DNA of 60,593 nt, taken from Candidatus Giovannonibacteria bacterium (GTDB lineage Bacteria > Patescibacteriota > Minisyncoccia > JACPKW01 > UBA11713). How positions within the stretch are numbered: the first letter of the stretch is position 1; each line of letters begins with the position of its first letter. Location: assembly GCA_016186825.1 (NCBI GenBank), contig JACPKW010000004.1:196237-256829 (forward strand). The letters run 5' to 3'. The translations under genes and the position numbers were made by a program. Of the stretch, positions 50,501 through 59,335 are shown piece after piece. The notes below the pieces were generated by a model. It saw nothing but the letters and a program-made list of their open reading frames with translations. It did no database searches and was not told the origin of the DNA.

Positions 50501-51237
50501 AGGCTTTAATTTTGGCGGCTGGTTTTGGCACTCGACTCAGGCCGTTGACAGATAATTTACCCAAATCATTATTGTCGATTTGTGGGCATACCATTATTGA
50601 TGAGCAAGTTTCTGCATTAAAAAAGATTGGAGCAAAAGAAATTTATATTTTAACAAACAATAAATTTTATGAACATTTTATAAAGTGGAAGGAAGGTAGC
50701 CAAAATGAAGAAATTTTTATTATTAAAAATGGAATATTTGGTGAAGGAGAAAGAAATGGCGCGATTGGAGATTTATTCTTTTTTTTAACTGAAATAAAAA
50801 ATAATGACGATTTGCTAGTTATTGGCAGCGACAATCTTTTTGAGGAAAGTTTTTTCGGGATTTTAAATTTTTTTCTCGAAAAAAAAGAAATTACGATAGC
50901 TTTGCACGAAATAAATAATACTAACTTTTCGAAACAGCCCAATGAGGTTATTTTTAATAAAGTTACATCAAGAGTTACTAATTTTATTGAAAAGCCCTTT
51001 GCGCCGTCTTCTCCGCTATTTGCGTCAATGCTGTATTTTTTTCCCAGCGAGCGTTTAGATTTAGTTGAAAGATATATTAATTCCGGAGAATCGCGGGAAA
51101 ATGCTGGAAACTTAATCGCTTGGATAATAAAGCAAAACTTTAAAGTTAATGGATATATCATGAACGGCAGAAGATTTGATATTGGCGACGTAGAAACGTA
51201 TGAACAAGCTAAAAGAAATTATCCTTGTTATGTGTGA
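50497..51237 (+). CDS. sugar-phosphate nucleotidyltransferase
   Basis: MKALILAAGFGTRLRPLTDNLPKSLL is the canonical GxGTRLxPLT signature. ATGA overlap with the epimerase gene. Confidence 0.8.
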   Translation: MKALILAAGFGTRLRPLTDNLPKSLLSICGHTIIDEQVSALKKIGAKEIYILTNNKFYEHFIKWKEGSQNEEIFIIKNGIFGEGERNGAIGDLFFFLTEIKNNDDLLVIGSDNLFEESFFGILNFFLEKKEITIALHEINNTNFSKQPNEVIFNKVTSRVTNFIEKPFAPSSPLFASMLYFFPSERLDLVERYINSGESRENAGNLIAWIIKQNFKVNGYIMNGRRFDIGDVETYEQAKRNYPCYV

Positions 51238-51293
51238 TTGATATTTTTTAAAAATCGTTGTACTATAGGTTATAATGACAGTTCTGAAAGGAG

Positions 51294-51968
51294 GTGAGAA
51301 CATTGAAAAAAAGAAATGGGGCTATCGTGACTAAGTCGGAAGTGAAGTACGATAAATACGGCCTAAAAGTTGTAGAAGAAAACTTCGAGCACGAGTTAAA
51401 CAAGCAGGGCCTTTATCGCTATATTGAAATGGTTCCGCAGGTTCGAGTTGTTCCTGTAACGGAAAGTGGAGATTTTATCCTCATACAGGAATTTAAATAT
51501 CCCCAGGATGAATATATTCTTTGTTTCCCTGCTGGTAGTGTTGAAAAGGGGGAAACGTCTTTAGAGGCGGCAAAGAGGGAGCTCGAGGAAGAGACTTCTC
51601 TTACAACAGAAACCTTTATTGATCTCGGAGCGTACCACCCTATGGCTTCGACCCTGCGACAGGATGCAAAAGTTTTTTTGGCGATCAACGTGCGGCCGAT
51701 CCTGATGAATAATGGGGATACGTACGAAAGATCTAACATAAAAACTGTGAAGGCATCTCTGGAAGGTTTGTTTAGTGCGATTGCAAATAATAGACTTAAT
51801 GATGGCCAAGCGTTGGCGGCTATTTGTAAGGTTTTTGTTGCAATGGGCTGCTTTCACGGCTCAAAGCCTTCTGCAGATGCTGGGCTTGCTAGAACGCTTG
51901 CGATTGGGGATCGTTTTGATTTAAGGAGTATTAATGAAGATGCAAAAAATGCTCGGTTATCTCGGTAG
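51294..51968 (+). CDS. Nudix hydrolase (ADP-ribose/nucleotide-sugar pyrophosphatase-like)
   Basis: Nudix box GSVEKGETSLEAAKRELEEETSL. Start is uncertain: GTG at 51294 or TTG at 51303, 8 nt after GGAGG. Confidence 0.75.
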   Translation: MRTLKKRNGAIVTKSEVKYDKYGLKVVEENFEHELNKQGLYRYIEMVPQVRVVPVTESGDFILIQEFKYPQDEYILCFPAGSVEKGETSLEAAKRELEEETSLTTETFIDLGAYHPMASTLRQDAKVFLAINVRPILMNNGDTYERSNIKTVKASLEGLFSAIANNRLNDGQALAAICKVFVAMGCFHGSKPSADAGLARTLAIGDRFDLRSINEDAKNARLSR

Positions 51969-51991
51969 ATGACCGGGCATTTAGTTTTTAT

Positions 51992-52062
51992 AACTGTAAT
52001 CAGCAATCTGAAAAACTTCTCTTCTTTTTCCGAGCTAAATATTCTGTTTCAAACATTCTTGT
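51992..52062 (+). pseudogene. remnant copy of the 5' region of the AlaRS-like gene
   Basis: AACTGTAATCAGCAATCTGAAAAACTT (27 nt) is identical to 46004-46030. Similarity continues in degraded form for ~40 more nt. It would encode NCNQQSEKL... and then runs into a stop. Confidence 0.65.
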
Positions 52063-52178
52063 TTGGCGCAAGTAAAACCTGTGAGATAGAAGCCACTAAA
52101 CAGCGCTAGTGGTTTTTCACTCATGGCTATTCGGAGGGGCATTTCTTTTTTTACTTTTCCCTTATTTTCTCCACTTTT

Positions 52179-53864
52179 TTGTGGGATAATTTATGTTATC
52201 ACCTTGAATTTACTATGCCGTTGAGTGTTGATGCAATAAAAATAGTTTTGGGCATTTCCGAAGAAGAAATTCCCTTAGACCCCGATGAAATGGCTAAAAA
52301 GCTTTCTGTGACCTTTTATCCCATTGAGGGGCATATTGTTAGCGAACGTGTATTGGATTTTAGTGAAAAGTTAAGGCAAACATTAAGCGATCTTGGAGTA
52401 AATATTATTCCATATGAAAAAGCTCTTGTCTCTGTCACAAAGTCGCTGATGTTTAGACGTTATTTTTATGCCTTTTTAAATAATATTAAAATTTTGATCA
52501 GTGGAATATTTGGAGTTCAGACTACAGAAAATTATATAACTTTAAAGGTATTATCAAAAATTAAAAAGGGGAAGAAAGTTAGAAAAGGAATAAGGATCAT
52601 CTCTTTAGGCGAGGGATCGACCGGAAATTTGCCGATGGATAACGTACAAAGCTTTACTGATAGTACAGTAATAACAATCCTGGATATGCCGGAGCATATC
52701 GATGAAACAACAGATTTTAGTGTTCACTTCGACACTTCTTTCAAATTATTTGCTTACCATATGACAAACATTATTATTGGCGTGGGAGAAAAAAATTGGA
52801 TTTTATATAATTTTAATGCTTCTCATCCTATTTATCCGTTGGACATCAATTTAAAAAAAAATGTTCTTTACAGTCTTATACCAAAAATTGCTGCTCCCAT
52901 CCGCCCTCCTAGTTTGGCTGAATTTACTATCCGGCCTGAAGTTTTCGATGTAGATGCTAAAAAAAATGCACCATTTGTAAACGATTTGGTTGAAAGCGGG
53001 CATATTCTGGAAAAGACTGGGCTTTTTCTGCAAGGAAAATCGATCCACGAGCTTTCTTTCAGAAATGAGTTTTACGAATGGGTGGGTAGAATACATTTAG
53101 ATCACCGTACCGGAATGAGTTTTGGCTTTCTCGCTCGGCAACTGCCGGTTAAATTGCCGTTGGTCTGGTCAGAAGCAGAAGCAAAAGAAAAATTTAGCCA
53201 GAAAATTAACTCAGGAGAGGATTATTTTTTTGCTGAAGGAAAAATTATTTTGCGTTTTGATACTGGATTCGGAAAACTGTATGTGGAAAATCCTGAAGAA
53301 GTTTGGGTTTTAACCCAGCGTTCGGGTGCCAATAAAACACGAATTGATCCGCATAAAGATATAATAAAAATGGGAATTTGTAAGGGTAAAATGATGTTGG
53401 AAACTCCGCGCGGATTAAAACTTTTAAGCTATTATAAACCCTCCTTTGATACAAAAGTCATTTTAGCCCATGCCTTAGGCAATGTCATTATAGCCGCACT
53501 ATTAAAAAAAGTTAAAAAAGACTCAAAATTTTCTGTATATCTCGAAGAAAAAGGAATGGCAATTAGTCATTGGCATGGCTATATAAATCCCGAACACATT
53601 CCTGTCGGATGGCATGTGTATGGTCTAGAAAATCCGCCCGTTTCCTGCTCTTCGCCGCAATCAGCCATATATGCTTTCCAGGGCAAAGAAAAAGCTTTTA
53701 TAAAATCGCTTTCTGATAATAAAGAGTATCTTGGAGATATTCATATAGAACCTCAACATGGAACAAACATTGTTTATACTTCACTGCGTGAATTAGGCGG
53801 TTTTTTGAATTCAAATAAAAATATTTCCTCTTTAGGAAATAAGCATTTAGTTAATTACAAATAA
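52179..53864 (+). CDS. large hypothetical protein (561 aa), no recognisable family
   Basis: Long uninterrupted ORF with coding-like composition. An alternative ATG at 52215 (MPLSVDAIK) exists. No motif recognised. Confidence 0.55.
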   Translation: MWDNLCYHLEFTMPLSVDAIKIVLGISEEEIPLDPDEMAKKLSVTFYPIEGHIVSERVLDFSEKLRQTLSDLGVNIIPYEKALVSVTKSLMFRRYFYAFLNNIKILISGIFGVQTTENYITLKVLSKIKKGKKVRKGIRIISLGEGSTGNLPMDNVQSFTDSTVITILDMPEHIDETTDFSVHFDTSFKLFAYHMTNIIIGVGEKNWILYNFNASHPIYPLDINLKKNVLYSLIPKIAAPIRPPSLAEFTIRPEVFDVDAKKNAPFVNDLVESGHILEKTGLFLQGKSIHELSFRNEFYEWVGRIHLDHRTGMSFGFLARQLPVKLPLVWSEAEAKEKFSQKINSGEDYFFAEGKIILRFDTGFGKLYVENPEEVWVLTQRSGANKTRIDPHKDIIKMGICKGKMMLETPRGLKLLSYYKPSFDTKVILAHALGNVIIAALLKKVKKDSKFSVYLEEKGMAISHWHGYINPEHIPVGWHVYGLENPPVSCSSPQSAIYAFQGKEKAFIKSLSDNKEYLGDIHIEPQHGTNIVYTSLRELGGFLNSNKNISSLGNKHLVNYK

Positions 53865-53875
53865 TGAGCTAATTT

Positions 53876-55471
53876 GTGCCTTTAAGTTACTATACACTTT
53901 CATTAGCATTAGGCGGGTTTATTGCCTTAATCTCTTCTTTTTTTGTTCTTTTTAAAGGTCCGAAACAAGGTGAAAGGGTTTCGTGGTTTTTACTTAGCAT
54001 TTCGAGCGCGATGTGGAGCTTCGGATATTACTTTATGATTTCGGCAAATGATGTCAGCAGCGCCTTTATCGCAAACAAGGTTTTACATCAGGGAGCAATA
54101 TTAATTGCTTTTTTTTACCTTGTTTTTATACTTTTTCTCACTAGCACAGTTGGGCGGCATAAATATGCATTACTTTCGTTTGCTTTATTAGCGGTAGTCT
54201 TCTCAATTTTAAATTTCAGCGACTCTTTTATCAGAGCTGTATTTTCCAAATACATTTTCAATTTTGCTCCTGATGCCGGTCCTCTATATATTTACTTCAC
54301 TATTTATTTTTTTGCACCCACAATCTATGCTTTTTTAATTTTATTCCACCAATCGCTGAAGGTTTCCTTTGAAGATGCACAAAGGTTTAAGTATGTGTTA
54401 GGCGCATCACTAGCCGGTTTTGTAGGAGGAGGTAGCGTTTTTTTTCTGACGTTTAATATTAATGTTCCGCCCTATCCCGTTGCACTTTTCTCTTTGTACC
54501 CGATTATTATTACTTACACCATATTAAGGTTTAAACTTTTTAATATACGCGTCGTGGCTACAGAGTTGCTTGTATTTACGATCTGGGTTTTCCTTCTTGT
54601 GAGAACGATTTTGGATGAGAGCCTGCGCGAAAAAATTATTGACGGGACGCTTTTGGCGCTTGTTATTTTTTTTGGCATTCTATTGATTCGTAGTGTATTG
54701 CATGAGGTTAAACAGCGGGAGGAGATTCAGAAATTGGCGGAGGATTTGGAGAAGGCGAATGAGGAGCTGAAAAAACTCGACAAATTGAAATCTGAATTCG
54801 TTTCGCTCGCGACGCACCAGCTGCGGACGCCCCTTACGATTATTAAGGGCTATATTTCAATGCTTCAGGAAAATTCATTCGGCGAGGTTCCGGAAAAAAT
54901 CCGCGATGTGCTTAGAAAAGTTTATCTTTCAAACGAGCGGCTGATTAACTTGGTGAACGATTTTCTTAATTTGTCGCGAATCGAATCCGGTCGAATGAGA
55001 TATAATTTTGAAACTGGAAAGGTTGAGGATTTGGTTGCAAACGTGGTTGAAGAGTTTCAGGAGGTTGCAAAAGATAAGAAGCTCTCTCTCACATTCGAGC
55101 CGCCTAAAACGCCGCTTCCGGAGGAAAATTTTGACAAAGAAAAATTCAGACAAGTGGTCACGAACATAGTGGACAACGCTATTAAATACACGGAGCATGG
55201 ATCAGTGAATATTAAAGTTCAGCTGGACGGGTCAAATGTTCTGATATCAGTAAAGGACACCGGAATCGGGATGACATCGGAGGAACTCGGCACGATTTTC
55301 AAACGCTTTTCAAGAGGGGAAGGAGGCTATAAAGTTAATACAGAAGGCACAGGCCTCGGGCTTTATCTCGCCAAAAAGATTGTTTCGGACCATGGCGGAG
55401 ATATTTGGGCAGAGTCAAAAGGGCATGCCTCGGGAAGCACGTTTTGGATAAAGTTGCCCGTTAAGAAATGA
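53876..55471 (+). CDS. sensor histidine kinase with polytopic N-terminal membrane domain
   Basis: About 8 TM helices, H-box FVSLATHQLRTPLT, N-box VVTNIVDNAIKYT, G1 DTGIGM and G2 GTGLGLYLAKKIV. No adjacent response regulator. Confidence 0.85.
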   Translation: MPLSYYTLSLALGGFIALISSFFVLFKGPKQGERVSWFLLSISSAMWSFGYYFMISANDVSSAFIANKVLHQGAILIAFFYLVFILFLTSTVGRHKYALLSFALLAVVFSILNFSDSFIRAVFSKYIFNFAPDAGPLYIYFTIYFFAPTIYAFLILFHQSLKVSFEDAQRFKYVLGASLAGFVGGGSVFFLTFNINVPPYPVALFSLYPIIITYTILRFKLFNIRVVATELLVFTIWVFLLVRTILDESLREKIIDGTLLALVIFFGILLIRSVLHEVKQREEIQKLAEDLEKANEELKKLDKLKSEFVSLATHQLRTPLTIIKGYISMLQENSFGEVPEKIRDVLRKVYLSNERLINLVNDFLNLSRIESGRMRYNFETGKVEDLVANVVEEFQEVAKDKKLSLTFEPPKTPLPEENFDKEKFRQVVTNIVDNAIKYTEHGSVNIKVQLDGSNVLISVKDTGIGMTSEELGTIFKRFSRGEGGYKVNTEGTGLGLYLAKKIVSDHGGDIWAESKGHASGSTFWIKLPVKK

Positions 55472-55477
55472 TTTTTC

Positions 55478-56881
55478 ATGAAAATAGATTTAATTGAAAC
55501 GCCGAAGCATCTCGGCAAAAAAATAGATTTATTCGGATGGATTGATGCGAGGCGCGATCACGGCAAGCTGATTTTTTTTGATTTGCGTGACCGCTCGGGC
55601 AAAGTTCAGCTCGTGGTTACTCCCGAAAACGAAGAACTTCACAAAAAAGCTGAAACGCTCCGTCCAGAGTGGGTAATTAAAGCGAGCGGAGAAGTTAAAA
55701 AGCGCCCGCAGAATATGATCAACGAAAAAGAGCCCTGCGGGAAAATAGAAATTAATGTTTCAAAATTAGAAATTTTGAGTGAAGCAAAAACTCCGCCGTT
55801 TGATCTTTCGGGCGATGGTTACGAAATCGGAGAGGAAATGAGGATGCAATACCGCTATTTGGATTTGCGCCGCGCGCGCCTGATGAAAAATTTAATCGTA
55901 CGCGACAAACTGATTCTTTTCATAAGAAATTATTTATCAAATCTAGGATTCGTTGAAATAGAAACACCCAATCTGTCAAAATCGACTCCTGAAGGCGCGC
56001 GAGACTATTTGGTTCCTTCGCGTCTGCACCCTGGAAATTTTTACGCTCTGCCGCAAAGCCCTCAGCAATATAAACAGCTGTTGATGGCCGCAGGAGTCGA
56101 AAAATATTTTCAAATTGCGCGCTGTTTTAGGGACGAGGACACAAGAGGGGACAGGCAGCCTGAATTTACACAGCTTGATTTGGAAGTGAGTTTTACCACG
56201 CGTGAAGAGGTTATTGATTTGAATGAAAAACTTCTGATCGAGCTAGTCAAAAAAAATTATCCGGAAAAAATCATTCAAGAAATTCCTTTTCCGCGTCTTT
56301 CTTATAAAGAAGCTATGGAAAAATATGGGATCGACCGTCCTGACTTGCGAACTGATAAAAATAATCCGAATTTGCTCTCATTTTGCTGGATCATTGATTT
56401 TCCATTTTTTGAAATAACTGGTGAAGATAAATGGACTTTCACGCATAATCCATTTTCCGCACCGATGCCCGAATTTATGGATGATCTTTTGAAGCAAAAA
56501 AATATTGGGGATATTGTTGCGGCGCAGTATGACGTGGTTTTGAACGGATTTGAAATAGGCGGCGGCAGCATCCGCAATCATAATCCAGAGGCCCTGCGGG
56601 CAGTTTTTAAAATCATGGGTTTTTCTGACGAGCGGATTGAAGAAAATTTTGGCCATATGCTTGAAGCTTTCTCGTTCGGAATTCCGCCGCACGGAGGCAT
56701 CGCATGGGGCTTAGATAGACTTGTAACAACTCTTCAGAACGAACCCAATATTCGCGAGGTAATTGCGTTTCCAAAAACAGGGGATGGGCGCGATTTGATG
56801 ATGCATGCGCCTTCGGAGGTTGATCCCGCACAGCTGGCAGAACTCGGAATAGAAATTAAAAAATCCAAAAAGAAAAAATGA
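55478..56881 (+). CDS. aspS: aspartate--tRNA ligase (short form without GAD insertion domain)
   Basis: OB-fold FFDLRDRSGKVQLVV, QSPQQYKQLLM, motif 2 FRDEDTRGDRQPEFTQLDLE, GGGSIRNH and motif 3 PPHGGIAWGLDRLV. 467 aa. Confidence 0.9.
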   Translation: MKIDLIETPKHLGKKIDLFGWIDARRDHGKLIFFDLRDRSGKVQLVVTPENEELHKKAETLRPEWVIKASGEVKKRPQNMINEKEPCGKIEINVSKLEILSEAKTPPFDLSGDGYEIGEEMRMQYRYLDLRRARLMKNLIVRDKLILFIRNYLSNLGFVEIETPNLSKSTPEGARDYLVPSRLHPGNFYALPQSPQQYKQLLMAAGVEKYFQIARCFRDEDTRGDRQPEFTQLDLEVSFTTREEVIDLNEKLLIELVKKNYPEKIIQEIPFPRLSYKEAMEKYGIDRPDLRTDKNNPNLLSFCWIIDFPFFEITGEDKWTFTHNPFSAPMPEFMDDLLKQKNIGDIVAAQYDVVLNGFEIGGGSIRNHNPEALRAVFKIMGFSDERIEENFGHMLEAFSFGIPPHGGIAWGLDRLVTTLQNEPNIREVIAFPKTGDGRDLMMHAPSEVDPAQLAELGIEIKKSKKKK

Positions 56882-57588
56882 CGTATAGAGTTAAAATCGA
56901 AGGCTTCGAGGGGCCGCTGAATTTGCTATTAGACTTAATTGAAGCAAAAAAACTTCCGATTTCAGCGGTTTCGCTTGCAAAAATTACGGATGAATATTTA
57001 ACATACATTAAATCGCTTAAAAACTTCCAGGTCGCGGAAGTTGCAAGTTTTTTGGTTGTGGCGTCAACGCTGATGCTTATAAAATCTCGTTCGCTCCTGC
57101 CAAATTTTCAAATTTCGCCCGAAGAACAGCAGGACATTTCGGATCTTGAAGCGAGGCTGAAACTTCTGAAAAGAATACGCGATCTCTCGTTGCATATAAA
57201 AAAAGACTGGGGGAAGCGAGAAATGTTTTCTCGGGAAGCTTTTCAGGGCTGGGAAGCTTCATTCATCGAGCCTCAAGGCATCACGATAAACACTCTTGAG
57301 AGCGTTCTTGCCGGGCTGATTCGCTCGCTTCCAAAAATATCAACACTGCCGCAAAAGAGCCTTGAAAAGGTTATTTCGCTCGAAGAAAAAATGCTTGAGA
57401 TCGTAACGCGGATTTCCGAGCGAATGAAAATGAGCTTTCATGAAGCGCTCGGAACAAAAAGCCGCACGGAAGTAATTGTAGGATTTCTCGCGCTCCTCGA
57501 ACTCGTGAGGCAAGGAGTCTTGCTCGTAAAACAGGAAGAGAGATTTGGTAAGATTGAATTTGAAAAAAGGGAAAACTCTTATGGATAA
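56878..57588 (+). CDS. scpA: segregation and condensation protein A
   Basis: FEGPLNLLLDLIEAKKLPISAVSLAKITDEYL is the typical ScpA N-terminus. Followed by scpB. Confidence 0.8.
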   Translation: MTYRVKIEGFEGPLNLLLDLIEAKKLPISAVSLAKITDEYLTYIKSLKNFQVAEVASFLVVASTLMLIKSRSLLPNFQISPEEQQDISDLEARLKLLKRIRDLSLHIKKDWGKREMFSREAFQGWEASFIEPQGITINTLESVLAGLIRSLPKISTLPQKSLEKVISLEEKMLEIVTRISERMKMSFHEALGTKSRTEVIVGFLALLELVRQGVLLVKQEERFGKIEFEKRENSYG

Positions 57589-58138
57589 CCTTAGCCAAAA
57601 AATAGAAGCGGTTTTATTTCTTGCGGGGGCACCGTTGAATATTTCGCGCTTGTCCCATTTTTTAAAAGAAGACAAAGATAAAATTATAGAAGCGCTCGAT
57701 TTGCTTTCGAAGAGTTTAGAGAATCGCGGGATTCGCTTGATAAAAAGGGCCGAAGAATATTCATTCGCATCTGCGCCGGAGTTTGGTTCGCTCGCGCGAG
57801 ATTTTCTGAAAGAAGAAGTTGGCGAGGATCTCTCCAAAGCCGCACTTGAAACGCTTTCGATTATAGTTTACAAAGGGCCGATTTCAAGGACAGAAATTGA
57901 TTACATTCGCGGCGTAAATTCCAGTTTTACTTTGCGAAATCTTCTTATTCGCGGTTTAGTTCTGCGTGTGCAGGACCTGAAAGATTCGCGCGTGCACCTT
58001 TATGAGCCATCTCTGGATTTTCTGAAATATATGGGCATCGAAAAAATCGAAAAATTGCCTCATTATCTTGAATTTAAAAAAGAGCTTGAGGAATTTTCAA
58101 AAAGTATTAAAAAAGATAAAGAGGGGAACGATTTATGA
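57581..58138 (+). CDS. scpB: segregation and condensation protein B
   Basis: ATG at 57581 (MDNLSQKIEAVLFLAGAPL...). Tandem wHTH pattern ETLSIIVYKGPISRTEIDYIRGV. 8-nt overlap with scpA. Confidence 0.8.
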   Translation: MDNLSQKIEAVLFLAGAPLNISRLSHFLKEDKDKIIEALDLLSKSLENRGIRLIKRAEEYSFASAPEFGSLARDFLKEEVGEDLSKAALETLSIIVYKGPISRTEIDYIRGVNSSFTLRNLLIRGLVLRVQDLKDSRVHLYEPSLDFLKYMGIEKIEKLPHYLEFKKELEEFSKSIKKDKEGNDL

Positions 58139-59124
58139 TAAAAGAAATACTCGAACGAATTTTTTTGGTTCTGGTTTTATTTGCGGTTTTATTATTTTCG
58201 GGGACTTTTATAAACGGCTCGCCCGCGAAAAGTTATGACGTAAAGCCGTTTTCAATTGCTTCTTTGAGTTCTAGTGTCGCAAAAACCGAAACCGAACCCC
58301 CTCCAATAAAAAAATCCGAAAATCTTTTTTTGGACGTTGACGTTGATGCAAAAAGCGCATACGTTTTGGATCTGAAGGAGGGGAGAATTCTTTTTGAAAA
58401 AAATTCTATAGAAAAAAGGCCGCTTGCGAGCATCACAAAATTACTGACCGCTCTTCTCGCGCATGAGCTCGTCCCAAAAGGCGGATACATCAGGATTTCT
58501 GGTGACGCTATCAAGCAAACTGGTGATGATGGTTTTGTTGTGGGCGATAAATTTAAAAAAGAGGATCTTATAAATTTTATGCTCATCACTTCATCCAATG
58601 ATGCGGCATATGCGTTTGCCGAATACATGGGAGATAGCCTTGCGGGAGAATCGGGAGGCGGCGTATCACGCTTCGTCGCATTTATGAACGAGCGCGCAAA
58701 AAATCTTGGCCTCCTGAATTTTTCTTTTTTAGGTCCGACCGGCCTTGATCAGGAAGTAAATCTGGAGACTGTTTCCAGTGCCGACGGGACTGCTTTCGGG
58801 GCGGTTTTGCTGATTCGCTATATTTATGAGACGTATCCAGAAATTCTAAAGGAAACGCGTCAAACGGAAATTTCTATGAAGTCGCAGAATGGAAGAATTA
58901 TTTCCGGAAAAAGCACAAACAAAGCGATTTTTGATATTCCGCAATTGGTGGCAGCTAAAACAGGATTTACGAGGCTTGCTGGCGGAAATCTTGTCTTTAT
59001 TTTTGACTTTGGAGAATCGCACCCAATTTTAGTCTCTCTGCTGGGCTCCTCGGAGGAGGGAAGATTTGAAGATGCTAAAAAAATCGTAGGCGCAGTTTAT
59101 AATTTTTATGATGAGAGCCCATGA
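58135..59124 (+). CDS. D-alanyl-D-alanine carboxypeptidase (peptidase S11, PBP5/6-like)
   Basis: N-terminal anchor, SxxK (ASITKLLT), SxN (SSND) and KTG (KTGFT). Confidence 0.8.
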   Translation: MIKEILERIFLVLVLFAVLLFSGTFINGSPAKSYDVKPFSIASLSSSVAKTETEPPPIKKSENLFLDVDVDAKSAYVLDLKEGRILFEKNSIEKRPLASITKLLTALLAHELVPKGGYIRISGDAIKQTGDDGFVVGDKFKKEDLINFMLITSSNDAAYAFAEYMGDSLAGESGGGVSRFVAFMNERAKNLGLLNFSFLGPTGLDQEVNLETVSSADGTAFGAVLLIRYIYETYPEILKETRQTEISMKSQNGRIISGKSTNKAIFDIPQLVAAKTGFTRLAGGNLVFIFDFGESHPILVSLLGSSEEGRFEDAKKIVGAVYNFYDESP

Positions 59125-59228
59125 TTATGAAATTTGAAAAATGGAGCAAAAGTTTAATTACTATGATGTATTCATTAATTATTAACAATTTCGATATATA
59201 GAAGTAAAGTTAGAGTTATTTATAAGAA

Positions 59229-59306
59229 ATGAATTCTGAAGTTAAAATCTGCCAAAACTGTCCCGATTTTGTTTACAAAATCGAGGATCCTCGACTACAT
59301 TACTAA
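59229..59306 (+). pseudogene. 25-codon remnant of the N-terminus of a Cys-rich protein family
   Basis: MNSEVKICQNCPDFVYKIEDPRLHY* resembles the start of the next gene (MNKEIKQCQNCKQNF...) but is truncated. Confidence 0.4.
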
Positions 59307-59335
59307 ATTATAATAATGAAAGTCGGGACAAAAAG

